The notes below the pieces were generated by a model. That model saw nothing but the letters and a program-made list of their open reading frames with translations. It made no database searches and was not told the origin of the DNA. Source: a virus (Duplodnaviria; Caudoviricetes). Taken from it: 53,324 nt of DNA. Below are positions 7,763 through 17,011 of the stretch, piece after piece; the stretch's first letter is position 1; the number at the start of each line of letters is the position of its first letter. The stretch lies in the IMG/VR virus record IMGVR_UViG_3300035670_000280, positions 1 to 53,324 of that record; one strand, written 5' to 3'. The position numbers were made by a program, and so were the translations under genes.

Positions 7763-7913
7763 CTTAGCTGCGTAAGTGCCAAGGGGCTTAGCTGCGTAAG
7801 TGCCAAGGGGCTTAGCTGCGTAAGTGCCAAGGGGCTTAGCTGCGTAGGTGCCAAGGGGCTTAGCTGCGTAAGTGCCAAGGGCTTAGCTGCGTAAGTGCCA
7901 AGGGGCTTAGCTG
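7763..7913. repeat. Tandem repeat, 24-bp unit CTTAGCTGCGTAAGTGCCAAGGGG x~6.3
   Basis: One substitution and one 1-bp deletion among the units. Confidence 0.97.
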
Positions 7914-7968
7914 TGTGGGGCGTGGCGGCCTAGCTGCATGGCGGCTTAGCCGCGTGGGGCGTAGCCGC

Positions 7969-10545
7969 CTAGCTGCTTACCCAGCGGATTTGGTCACGGC
8001 GCACGGCGTTCACCAAGCGGCCTACCCCGTAGTCGCTTACGAGGCGTTCGAGCATTCCGCGTGCCTCGGCGCCGTTCTTGGCCCACTTCTTGATCACGAG
8101 GTCGCGGTGGGTAACGACGCCAGTGCCATTGGTCTCGGCAAAGTTGACGATCTTGACGACCCAGTGCGGGAGATCGCCGCCGCCGACCTGGGGAGCGAGC
8201 ACGTCGAACTGGCAGATGAAGTAGCGACAGAGGATGACGGCGCGTTCCATCACGGCGCGGTCGATTACGTCGCCCATGGGTTCGCCGGGGGCTTCGGCGG
8301 CATAGTCGAGGGCGTGGAGGAGGCCGGCGGTGCGAGCGAGGTAGCCACGCATCTTGCCCAAGAAGGCTGCGCGACTGGCGTAGGTGGCATCGGCCTCGGC
8401 GCTCCACTCATCACACACCTCAGCAAACAAGCTCCACGCCTCAGCGCTGAGCCTTACGACCTTCCGCTTACCGATTGACGTATCCAACTCGTAAATAAGT
8501 TGCTCAAGTTCCCGCGTGATTTCCACTTCACTCAGGTTCTGCTTAGGGAAGACGTATTCGGGGACGATCCAGAGGAAGCGGGCCCAGAAGCCGTCGCCGG
8601 ACTTGGCGGTGGCGTCGTCGCCGTGGAGGAGTTCGGTGAGCTTGTCTTGTTGGATGGCGCCAAAGACGTTGACGGCGGTGCGGTCCACCATGATGGGATC
8701 GCAGCCTTTGCGGACGATGTTGACAGAGCCGCCGCTCCACATGCTTAACCAGTGGGCGCGGTCGGAGTTGTTGCTGCGGTATTTGTCCATGTCGCCTATG
8801 AAGGCAGCCAGCTCGTCGTGGAAGCTCACCACGCCGTGGACGGTTTCACGCTCAAGCAGGGTGCATAGGCCTTCGAGGGTTGCGTCCATCACTACGCGCT
8901 GGCGTGGCAGTTCGGGTGGTTCCTCGCGGTCCTCCTTAGGTAGTGCCTTGTAGCGCATCAGCTCACGCTTGTAGGCACGTTGGTCGTTGGCGTCGAGGGT
9001 GAGCAGAGGGCCTAGGAACTGGTTGGCAACAGGCGTTTTCAGCGATGAGGCGGGGGCGACGGTGCCCATCCAGAAGACGAGGGGCTCGCGCCACCCCTCC
9101 TTGATCTGCACACGAAACCGCTTTCCAATTACGGCGCACATTGTTGTGATAAAGGGCGCGATGAGCGCAGTGTGGGCTACGGGGAAGGCTTCAGCACGCC
9201 CACCGAGTAGCTCTGCAATGCGGGGGTGGAAAACGGATTTCAAGGTCAGATGCGCTGCGGCAGACTTAGACCACTGCTTGAAACTACTATGACGCAATTC
9301 CCGCAGGAGTTCATCATCCTCGCTGTTGCGCTGCTCCTTACGAATCTCCCGTAGTACAGGCCACGGCCTGGACCACCCGTTGAATTCGGCAGTGTCGAAG
9401 ACGTGGTAGATGCGCTTATACGCGGCGCCTTGTCGGTCTTGGCTGCTGCGGCGGATGGCATCTGCCTGCTCCTCTAGGTTCCAGTGCTCCGTAGACCAAT
9501 TAGCACTCTCCGCAATACTTACCGCCTGCTTAGCTCCGAATTCGTTGACTATTGCGGCGTAGATTGTGAAGGCGGTTCCATAGGTGTTGCTGCCGGGTTC
9601 TAGGCGCTGAGGGCAGTAGGTGAGGGCGGCTGTTACAGTGCGGACCTTTTCATCGTGAGTTAGGGCGCTGTAGTGGAGGCCGGCTGGGCGGTATTCGTTG
9701 TCGTAGGCCTCTTGGGCGGCGACGAAGGCGGCGTAGGCCGAGGCGTCGATGTCGCGCTCAGGTAAGGGGGAGGCGGTGCGCGGAGCTTCAGTGCGGGGGA
9801 GGGCCTTACCGACGTGGGCGCGTGCCGAAGCGCTGAGCAGACCGCTGCGCTGTTGAGCCCACTTAGGGGGTTGGGGTGTCGTGGTGCCGGGACTAAGTAG
9901 AGCGAGGAGCTGAGCTAGGGGAAAGCGCTCGCCTGTGGCGCTGATTACGCGGCTTAGTTCGCCGGTTTCGGGGTGGGTGCCCCCGGCGAGGCGCATGACA
10001 CGGGCAGGGTTGCAAAGCTTTTCGTCGAGCTGGACACCGGGAACAGTGGCTTTGACATGCGCGAAGAGGGCTTTCTGGCCTTGGCGGAACTCGATGCCGC
10101 TGCAGGGCGTTTCAAGGATCCAGTAGTTGTGGACCGACTTACCGCCTGTCCACACCTGCAGTGAGGGGTGGGGGAGGCCGGCGGTTTCCCATTGGCTGCG
10201 CTTGTGGTCGAGGTCAGTATCGGGATTGTCGTCCTCGTAGAAGAGGGCACGGCAGAAGGCGATCTCGGCGTTCTTGGTGCCGCCGTGGTTAGGGATGTAG
10301 CCAAAGCCGTAGCCGGGCAGAGCGGCCACGCGCCGTTCAATGGCCTCGCGGTTGAGGGCGCCGCTTACGTGGATGTGCTCGCAGGGCAGGCCCTCGCGGT
10401 TGTGCTTGGGCGGGAACAGGGCAAGCACAAAACCCTCATCAGCACTGATGCCCAGGTGGGTGAGCTGCTTTTCGGCTTGGGACCAATCCACCATGGGACG
10501 CTTAGGGGGTTCGCTCACCGTACTGGGAGTTGCCACGACTCGCAA
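7969..10545 (-). CDS. Primase-helicase (RepB-like primase N-terminus plus DUF3987/YfjI-like C-terminus)
   Basis: TGGKSVHNYW and NPARVMRLAG primase motifs; DATLEGL, FHDEL, GDGFWARFL in the C-terminal domain. Confidence 0.8.
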   Translation of the reverse strand: MRVVATPSTVSEPPKRPMVDWSQAEKQLTHLGISADEGFVLALFPPKHNREGLPCEHIHVSGALNREAIERRVAALPGYGFGYIPNHGGTKNAEIAFCRALFYEDDNPDTDLDHKRSQWETAGLPHPSLQVWTGGKSVHNYWILETPCSGIEFRQGQKALFAHVKATVPGVQLDEKLCNPARVMRLAGGTHPETGELSRVISATGERFPLAQLLALLSPGTTTPQPPKWAQQRSGLLSASARAHVGKALPRTEAPRTASPLPERDIDASAYAAFVAAQEAYDNEYRPAGLHYSALTHDEKVRTVTAALTYCPQRLEPGSNTYGTAFTIYAAIVNEFGAKQAVSIAESANWSTEHWNLEEQADAIRRSSQDRQGAAYKRIYHVFDTAEFNGWSRPWPVLREIRKEQRNSEDDELLRELRHSSFKQWSKSAAAHLTLKSVFHPRIAELLGGRAEAFPVAHTALIAPFITTMCAVIGKRFRVQIKEGWREPLVFWMGTVAPASSLKTPVANQFLGPLLTLDANDQRAYKRELMRYKALPKEDREEPPELPRQRVVMDATLEGLCTLLERETVHGVVSFHDELAAFIGDMDKYRSNNSDRAHWLSMWSGGSVNIVRKGCDPIMVDRTAVNVFGAIQQDKLTELLHGDDATAKSGDGFWARFLWIVPEYVFPKQNLSEVEITRELEQLIYELDTSIGKRKVVRLSAEAWSLFAEVCDEWSAEADATYASRAAFLGKMRGYLARTAGLLHALDYAAEAPGEPMGDVIDRAVMERAVILCRYFICQFDVLAPQVGGGDLPHWVVKIVNFAETNGTGVVTHRDLVIKKWAKNGAEARGMLERLVSDYGVGRLVNAVRRDQIRWVSS

Positions 10546-10796
10546 TGGGTTGTAGGGTAGGCCGGTAGCGATCTCACTTCAGAGTGTCCCCCGTCAAACG
10601 GACCCGAATCCAGGCTTACTTGGATCAGGAGCTTGCTGAGCTGGTAAGGCGACGCGCTGCGTCGAACGACAGGTCGGCAAGCAGGGAGATCACGAGACTC
10701 GTGCGTCTAGGTCTTGAGGCGGATAAGTCCGGGCCTTGGTCCGATGACCTAGACGACTAGGCTACTGCGTTCTAAGTAACTTCTTTTCTGCAATTC

Positions 10797-12647
10797 ATGG
10801 ACCTTTTGTTTGGTTTGGAGAATCTGTGTTGTCTAGATGCGGCGCAGATCATTGCATTTGATACAGAAACCACTGGCTTAGCACCGGTTTACGGTGGTTT
10901 GCGGCTTATGCAGATGACGGCAGAGGGGTGTCCTGTTGTCGTTGTTGATCTGTGGGAGCTGGATGAGCAGGGGCTGGACACGCTGCGGGAATGGTGTGCA
11001 GCTAAGCACCGTGTCTGGGTCGCGCATAATGCCACGTTTGATTTGGGCTGGTTACAGGAGCACCGGATTGATCTGGCGGGAGATGTGCATTGCACGATGC
11101 TTGCTTCACGGCTATGCACCAATGGCGAGATCAATCTGCGGCATGGCTTGGCCCCTGTCGCAGAGCGCTTGCTCAAGATTGAGTTGAGCAAGGAGCAGCA
11201 AGCATCTGATTGGTCTGCTGCGGTACTTAGCGCTGAGCAAATCACCTATGCCGCTAAGGATGTGGAGGTGCTGATGCAGCTCTATCCTCTGCTTATGCAA
11301 CGGCTGCAGAAAGGCGAGCTGCTTAAGGCTTATGCGATTGAGTGCGCCGCGCTGCGGCCTATTGCGCACATGCAGCGCACAGGGCTTCCGTTTAATAAGC
11401 AGAAATTGTTGGATCTGCAGGCTGATTATGAAAAGCAGATTGCTGAGCTGGGTGTGCAGTTTGTTGAAAAGCTAGATGCAGCATTGCCGGAAGGCGATAA
11501 GCTGCCGCGTGATGAGGATGGCAGCTTCAACCTACGGGCTAAGGCGGAAGGGTCGGTAAGGCTTGGTACCAAGCGCCTAGCGGGTTTCAACCTCAACTCA
11601 CCTAAGCAGTTGGTGGAGAAGTTCACGGTTTTGCTTGGTACTGCTCCCGTTGAGGAGAAGACAAATAGGCCTAGCGCTAGTACGGCTGCTCTGCGGTCCT
11701 ATGCTGCGGATCACGAGGTTATTCAGATTTATCTGGCGTGGAAGAAAGCGGAGAAGCGTAGGCAGATGGTGTGCGCTCTACTTGAGCATCAGCAGGAGGA
11801 TGGATTTATTCGTGCTGGGTATATGCAGCTGGGGGCAGATACAGGTCGCATGAGCTGTAGGAATCCGAACCTTCAGCAAGTGCCTCGGGATAAGGGGTTC
11901 AGGGCTGCTGCTGAAGCCCCAGAGGGGTGGAGCTTTGTGGTGTGTGATTTCGGGCAGATGGAACTCCGCCTAGCTGCAGCGATTAGCAAGGATCAGCGGA
12001 TGATTAAAGCGTTTCAGGATGGAGAGGATCTGCATACGATTACGGCTGCGGCTATTTATGGGCAGCCGGTTGAGGACACCGCAGAGATGAAGCAGCGTAG
12101 GCAGGTAGCTAAGTCTGCTAATTTTGGTCTTTTGTTTGGTTCTGGGGCTAAGGGGTTGCGTAATTATGCTGGTGCGATGGGAATTACTATGGATATTGAG
12201 GAAGCCGACCAGATCCGCAACACTTTCAGAGACACTTATGTAGGTATCACTAAGTGGCAGATGTGTAATGCGCGTGAGGCTGATGATACTCAGCATGACA
12301 GGTGGGCTCAGGTAAGAGTTCCGGTGAGTGGGATGCGGAGGTATTTGCCCGGTGATCTCAACCGGCTTACGACGCGGTGTAATACGCCGGTGCAAGGAGC
12401 AGGTGCAGCTGTGCTTAAGGTGGCGCTTGCGTCGCTGTGGAGAGAGCTGTGTGCTGCTGGTGAGGACACTGCACGCTTAGCTGCTGTGGTACATGATGAA
12501 GTGGTGCTACTTGTACGCGAAGGCTTAGAGGAAAAGTGGCTGCTTACATTGCAGCGGTGTATGGAGGACGCTGAGGCTATGTGGCTTGGCGATATTCCTG
12601 CGCTGGCGGAGGGCGCCTACGGGAAGACCTGGGCTGACGCAAAGTAG
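10797..12647 (+). CDS. polA: Family A DNA polymerase with 3'-5' exonuclease
   Basis: FDTET, HNATFD, YAAKD exonuclease motifs; motif A DFGQMELR, B KSANFGLLFG, C VHDE. Confidence 0.95.
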   Translation: MDLLFGLENLCCLDAAQIIAFDTETTGLAPVYGGLRLMQMTAEGCPVVVVDLWELDEQGLDTLREWCAAKHRVWVAHNATFDLGWLQEHRIDLAGDVHCTMLASRLCTNGEINLRHGLAPVAERLLKIELSKEQQASDWSAAVLSAEQITYAAKDVEVLMQLYPLLMQRLQKGELLKAYAIECAALRPIAHMQRTGLPFNKQKLLDLQADYEKQIAELGVQFVEKLDAALPEGDKLPRDEDGSFNLRAKAEGSVRLGTKRLAGFNLNSPKQLVEKFTVLLGTAPVEEKTNRPSASTAALRSYAADHEVIQIYLAWKKAEKRRQMVCALLEHQQEDGFIRAGYMQLGADTGRMSCRNPNLQQVPRDKGFRAAAEAPEGWSFVVCDFGQMELRLAAAISKDQRMIKAFQDGEDLHTITAAAIYGQPVEDTAEMKQRRQVAKSANFGLLFGSGAKGLRNYAGAMGITMDIEEADQIRNTFRDTYVGITKWQMCNAREADDTQHDRWAQVRVPVSGMRRYLPGDLNRLTTRCNTPVQGAGAAVLKVALASLWRELCAAGEDTARLAAVVHDEVVLLVREGLEEKWLLTLQRCMEDAEAMWLGDIPALAEGAYGKTWADAK

Positions 12648-12670
12648 CAGAGGCGTGGTATTGGTAGGTA

Positions 12671-12910
12671 TTGGCGTTTACGCTGTACTTACCAATACTT
12701 CGCAGCTTGGTGCGTACGGGACGCGAAATTATGGTTGCGTGGCTGCGCGATGAGATCCGGCAAGCCAGTGTGGCGGATCTGCAGAGGGCTGCTGAGTTCC
12801 TGGAGTTTGCGCGGCAGGTCCGTAAGGGGTGTGCTAGGCAGCGTGGCCGAGCGCGTAGGCAGCAAAGTAATGCGTGGCGCAAGTATGTGGATTCTGATTT
12901 GCGTTGGTAG
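12671..12910 (+). CDS. Hypothetical protein (start uncertain)
   Basis: RTGREIM...ADLQRAAEFLEFAR helical ORF. Confidence 0.6.
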   Translation: MAFTLYLPILRSLVRTGREIMVAWLRDEIRQASVADLQRAAEFLEFARQVRKGCARQRGRARRQQSNAWRKYVDSDLRW

Positions 12911-12922
12911 TGTCGCCTGCGC

Positions 12923-12951
12923 TTGACGCTTGATTGGATTCCGTGTAAGCT
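12923..12951 (+). promoter_or_regulatory. Sigma70-type promoter TTGACG-N17-TAAGCT
   Basis: Near-consensus hexamers 30 bp upstream of 12982. Confidence 0.65.
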
Positions 12952-12981
12952 TTTGCTTTCCATGCGTTTTACGCACAGCTT

Positions 12982-13317
12982 ATGACTTTCCCGGTTCTTT
13001 CAGCTGCGGAAGTGCCCGCACGCGCAACAAGGACATCTAAGACCACACCGTTGCGCACTGCCTTGGCTGCGCTCCAGATTGGAGAGGCCATCGAGGTGGA
13101 TTACGATTCACACGATCCTGAGGCGGGCTACAGGCCTACGACCATCAGCCAGATCGCCGGTACAATGACGGCGCGTTCCAGTGATGTGAAGTTCTCGGTG
13201 CGCAGAAAGGCTGATGGCACTGGGTGTTATCTGATTGCTGGTCCGAAGCCGGAGCCCGGTGCTCCTAAGCGTGGCCGCAAGCCCAAAGCGGCTAAGGCTG
13301 AGCTAGAAGCAGTTTGA
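12982..13317 (+). CDS. Small basic protein, possibly DNA-binding
   Basis: 111 aa; KRGRKPK tail. Confidence 0.65.
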   Translation: MTFPVLSAAEVPARATRTSKTTPLRTALAALQIGEAIEVDYDSHDPEAGYRPTTISQIAGTMTARSSDVKFSVRRKADGTGCYLIAGPKPEPGAPKRGRKPKAAKAELEAV

Positions 13318-13379
13318 CCGCAATGCTGGCTGCGCTTGGTTTGCCAGGCGCAGCTACTACTTACTAAGTTTCTGAGATT

Positions 13380-13823
13380 ATGCTTAAGTTTTTCAGTAAT
13401 GTTTTGTCTGTTGAGGTCGAGTTTGAGCGGATTGGGAGCCTGACGAAGCATGAGTTGGAGGTCTTCCATGATGAGCTGTCCGAGATGGTTACAACACTTA
13501 ACTCGGTGCTCACAGAGGCCAAGGCAAAGGAGCGGGCCAGTGGTGTGCCGTTGAATGGTGACTGGTTGCACCGTGTGAATACGAAGAAGCGTATCGCGCT
13601 TAAATTTGCTACAGAAGTGCATAGTTGCCTGCAGGGGGGCACGACGGTAGAGCAACGGTCTGAATACGACCGTATTTACAAGGCCCAATTACGTGCTATC
13701 CTCTTAGAGGAGTTCGGTGAAGCCGGGCTTCAGGAGCTAGAGCAGGAAGTGCTGGACAAGGCGCGAGCTGCGTACCAGACCTGGATCGACTCCACAAAGC
13801 AGCGCATGTGGTTTGTCCCTTAG
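13380..13823 (+). CDS. Hypothetical protein
   Basis: 147-aa helical ORF. Confidence 0.65.
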   Translation: MLKFFSNVLSVEVEFERIGSLTKHELEVFHDELSEMVTTLNSVLTEAKAKERASGVPLNGDWLHRVNTKKRIALKFATEVHSCLQGGTTVEQRSEYDRIYKAQLRAILLEEFGEAGLQELEQEVLDKARAAYQTWIDSTKQRMWFVP

Positions 13824-13863
13824 GCGCTGCGCACACACGCCCCATCTTGCAATCACTCGTCTT

Positions 13864-14052
13864 ATGACACCAGAACAGACAGTACACATGCTGCTAAGTG
13901 CAGCGCATTTTGGAGGAAGTTTTATGCGTAACATTGCACAAGCCGGGCTTGTAGCAGATCCTGTAAATCGACAGCGCTTAGTTGATGCTTTTCCTGAGTT
14001 GTGCGCAACTTATGGCCCGCATACCGCTTTGTATAGAGAGGACTTGGGCTGA
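13864..14052 (+). CDS. Small hypothetical phage protein (GGSF...ADPVN...AFPEL)
   Basis: Motif pattern recalled from phage hypotheticals; stop abuts the next start. Confidence 0.65.
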   Translation: MTPEQTVHMLLSAAHFGGSFMRNIAQAGLVADPVNRQRLVDAFPELCATYGPHTALYREDLG

Positions 14053-14528
14053 TGGACGACCTTGTACGCACCGATCGTCAGTGGCAAACACCGGCACATG
14101 GGGATCCTTTAGCTGCAATTCTGGAGCTGCGCGCTCGCGTGGAGGCGCTAGAAGCTACTCGGCGCCCCGCTTCAAAGGTCCACGAAATCAGCGAACCTCT
14201 GCAGCTCACGCCGGAGCAAGCGCAGCAGGTGAGGGATCTGCTTGCGCCCAACTCCAAACCAACTCCTAATCTCAGTCAAATTAGGAGTTCGCTGCAGCTA
14301 ACCCCGGAGCAAGAAACGGAAATCGCCGCGCTGCTGCGGCCTGACCATTTTGGTCAGGCCAACAAAATGGTCGCCGGCTCGCTGGTGGAGCGATTGATGG
14401 ATCTGTTCGGTCACCAGGGGGCCGGCGCATCCCGCGCCGCGATCCGCGAGGTGGCGGCGTGGTTGCGGGAAGCCCACGGATGGGAACAAGGCGCCCAAGG
14501 GCTTGAGCGGGAGGCCGAGCGTGGCTGA
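14052..14528 (+). CDS. Hypothetical protein with internal LQLTPEQ duplication
   Basis: Near-identical DNA at 14199-14220 and 14292-14313. Confidence 0.65.
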   Translation: MDDLVRTDRQWQTPAHGDPLAAILELRARVEALEATRRPASKVHEISEPLQLTPEQAQQVRDLLAPNSKPTPNLSQIRSSLQLTPEQETEIAALLRPDHFGQANKMVAGSLVERLMDLFGHQGAGASRAAIREVAAWLREAHGWEQGAQGLEREAERG

Positions 14529-14736
14529 CATCACCACCTACAAGCTCGATGCAGCCTTTGCGCCGCTGCGCGAGTTTGACCACCTCGCCAAGCCTGACGA
14601 CTTCATTGAGGTGTCGCTATGGCACAACGGTGAAGGCTTTGATGCTCACCTGAGCAGCCATGCCGAGCAAACCATCAGGCTCTCCTGGGGAGAGTTCAAG
14701 GCCCTGAAGAAACTCATTAAGGAGCTGGATCAATGA
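14521..14736 (+). CDS. Hypothetical protein
   Basis: GTG start overlapping the previous stop (GTGGCTGA). Confidence 0.6.
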   Translation: MADITTYKLDAAFAPLREFDHLAKPDDFIEVSLWHNGEGFDAHLSSHAEQTIRLSWGEFKALKKLIKELDQ

Positions 14737-15041
14737 GCAACATCACCCCACCGCCGGAGCTATTACAGCTTTGGTTTGAGCAGCACCATGATTACAACAA
14801 AGGAATCAATGAGCTATTGATTGAAGCCGTTCAGTATGGCGCCGATCGGGAGCTGGAGGCGTGCTGTGAGCTGATGGACCGCGATTTCATGGCTGGTCCC
14901 TCCGACCTCCGCGCCGCCCGCCGCCCCAAGCCTCCGAGCTTGAAGGAGCAGGCGTTGGCTGAATTAGCCGAATGGGAGAACGTTATGGACATTGCACCCG
15001 ATAGCCCCATCCGCCGCGCCTTGGGGCAGCTCGATGACTGA
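14733..15041 (+). CDS. Hypothetical protein, paralog of 15102-15476
   Basis: Shared ITPPPEL, GAD.EL.ACC, LRAARRPKPPSL blocks. Confidence 0.75.
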   Translation: MSNITPPPELLQLWFEQHHDYNKGINELLIEAVQYGADRELEACCELMDRDFMAGPSDLRAARRPKPPSLKEQALAELAEWENVMDIAPDSPIRRALGQLDD

Positions 15042-15105
15042 CTATCAAGCTACTTTGCTTTTCGCAGCCGTGTTTCTTGCCATTATTGCGTGGAGTACCA
15101 AATGA
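15034..15105 (+). CDS. Putative 23-aa hydrophobic peptide MTDYQATLLFAAVFLAIIAWSTK
   Basis: Overlaps both flanking genes through ATGACTGA junctions. Confidence 0.5.
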   Translation: MTDYQATLLFAAVFLAIIAWSTK

Positions 15106-15476
15106 CTGACCACACCATCACCCCACCGCCGGAGCTGGTACAGCAGTGGGCGCACGAGTGGAACACGCTCGGAATCCGGCACCCAGACGCCACGAACACG
15201 GCCTCGTACGTTGCCACACGCGCTTCCCAGTGGGGAGCCGACATGGAGCTGGCGGCCTGTTGCAGACAACTTACGGATCCCAAGTGGTACGACGAAATCA
15301 AGAACTTGCGTGGGCCTTTCCGCGCAGCAGAACTCCGCGCCGCCCGCCGCCCCAAGCCGCCGAGCTTGAACAGCATTGCGCTGCAGATGCTGGGGACGAT
15401 TGAGCGCGACGCGCACTACTTACCCGAGATCACCGACACCATACGCCGCGCACTTAACCAGCTTTCTGATAGCTAA
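15102..15476 (+). CDS. Hypothetical protein, paralog of 14733-15041
   Basis: Shared motif blocks. Confidence 0.75.
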   Translation: MTDHTITPPPELVQQWAHEWNTLGIRHPDATNTASYVATRASQWGADMELAACCRQLTDPKWYDEIKNLRGPFRAAELRAARRPKPPSLNSIALQMLGTIERDAHYLPEITDTIRRALNQLSDS

Positions 15477-15483
15477 CATTACT

Positions 15484-15951
15484 ATGGAATTGACACTACT
15501 AGAGGTCCACCGTTTTTGGTCAAAGGTTGATGTAGTGACAGCCGATATGTGCTGGCAGTGGACTGGCTACTGCCTTCCGTTTGGCCATGGCCAGGCTTGG
15601 CTACAGGGAAAAACTTTTTTATCCCACCGTGTCGCTTACTCCTTGGCACAAGGACAAGTGCCTTCAAAGCTGCATGTTCGCCACCTTTGCGACAACCCTT
15701 GCTGTTGCAATCCTGCTCATCTTGCGCTTGGATCAGATCAGGATAATTCAGACGATAAATGTCGACAAGGTAGGCAGGCCCGTGGCTCTGGCAATGGGCG
15801 GTCAAAGCTTTCCGATCAAGAGGTGCTATGTATCTATAAATCAAGCAAGACACAAGAGGAGCTTGCATCGGAATTTGGCATACACCAATCAATGGTGAGT
15901 CGCATTAAGAACGGTGTTTACTGGAATTGGCTAACTGGAGCAACTCGATGA
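15484..15951 (+). CDS. HNH endonuclease with C-terminal HTH (homing-type)
   Basis: RFWSKV..CWQW, HRVAY, VRHLCDNPCCCNPAHL..G..QDN; lower GC than its flanks. Confidence 0.9.
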   Translation: MELTLLEVHRFWSKVDVVTADMCWQWTGYCLPFGHGQAWLQGKTFLSHRVAYSLAQGQVPSKLHVRHLCDNPCCCNPAHLALGSDQDNSDDKCRQGRQARGSGNGRSKLSDQEVLCIYKSSKTQEELASEFGIHQSMVSRIKNGVYWNWLTGATR

Positions 15952-16190
15952 CTGACTTCCGAACACTTTGCGCTGAGCTTGTTGACTGTTTGGAAAAAGC
16001 CAACTGGCCCTTGCGGCATAAGACTGTCTTTGGGATCTGCCTTGACGACGCCCGAGCCGCTTTGACTCAGCCCGAGCCGCAGGGGCCGACGGATGAGGAG
16101 CTGGTTGAACTCTTCAATGAGAACGACTGGAACTACATCAGCCCAGAAACTTTCCTTGACATTGCTCGTTCTGTACTGGAGTTACGATGA
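15948..16190 (+). CDS. Hypothetical protein, related to the N-terminus of 17398-18015
   Basis: MTDFRTLCAEL...QPEPQGPTDEEL. Confidence 0.7.
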   Translation: MTDFRTLCAELVDCLEKANWPLRHKTVFGICLDDARAALTQPEPQGPTDEELVELFNENDWNYISPETFLDIARSVLELR

Positions 16191-16432
16191 CTGAACCTTT
16201 CTCCCCCGCCGCGCAGGCGGTGTTGGATGCTGCCTTCACACTGGCCGACAACTTTGACCGTGATGTCACCGAAGCGGAAATGATCGCCGCCGCCCTCCGC
16301 GCTGCTGCTGATCAGATCGAAAACCTGTACTGCGACTCCGATGTGGAAGACAGCCCTGGCATTGTCTTTGCCATGCGCCACTTCCTAGCCATCGCCGCCG
16401 AGCTGGAAACCTCTACCACTGAAAACCGATGA
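16187..16432 (+). CDS. Hypothetical protein
   Basis: SPAAQAVLDAA...IAAALRAAADQ; ATGA overlaps. Confidence 0.7.
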   Translation: MTEPFSPAAQAVLDAAFTLADNFDRDVTEAEMIAAALRAAADQIENLYCDSDVEDSPGIVFAMRHFLAIAAELETSTTENR

Positions 16433-16692
16433 CTGATTCAACTCTCGAACACGTGACCTTCGACGAGTGGGCCATTGACGTGACCTGCGCCAAATACAGC
16501 GGTGCCATCGCCTTCGTACCGATCTGCGGCGATGAGGTGGTCTGGGGCCTGACCATGATCCAAGACCGCGCACCAGGCCCGCTGGTGGGTGTCGTCTCGC
16601 AAGACGGCATGGCTGACGTTGAAGAATGGGTAGCCGCCAACCCTGACTGGAAGCTGCGGTACACCAAAGCCGAGGAGCTGTGCGATGTCTGA
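16429..16692 (+). CDS. Hypothetical protein
   Basis: Translationally coupled on both sides. Confidence 0.65.
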   Translation: MTDSTLEHVTFDEWAIDVTCAKYSGAIAFVPICGDEVVWGLTMIQDRAPGPLVGVVSQDGMADVEEWVAANPDWKLRYTKAEELCDV

Positions 16693-17011
16693 TTACCTCA
16701 CCTCCCGCGCCCAGCGCCTGATCGACGAGTTCGAGGAAGGCGAGAGCATCCGCCATGGCATTGCCAGGGTGCTCACGCACCTGGCCTACGCCTTTGACAT
16801 GATCTGCGACGGTGATGGCGAAAGCATGGTCGGCGTTCCTGTATCAACGCTCGACGCGCTTGCCGCCGAACTCACCGCCCCATCCCTGCTCGACCGCGCC
16901 TTGGCTGGCGACCGCGCTGCCGCTCGGCAGTTCCTGCACGAGGCAGGCTTCACTGACGCAAATGGCCAGCTTTTGCCCCATTACCGTTCGGAGGATTTGA
17001 ATGATGACTGA
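16685..17011 (+). CDS. Hypothetical protein
   Basis: Translationally coupled on both sides. Confidence 0.65.
   Translation: MSDYLTSRAQRLIDEFEEGESIRHGIARVLTHLAYAFDMICDGDGESMVGVPVSTLDALAAELTAPSLLDRALAGDRAAARQFLHEAGFTDANGQLLPHYRSEDLNDD

Noticed and set aside
1-7913. Tandem arrays as CRISPR arrays
   Set aside because: Units are head-to-tail with no unique spacers, and no cas operon is present.
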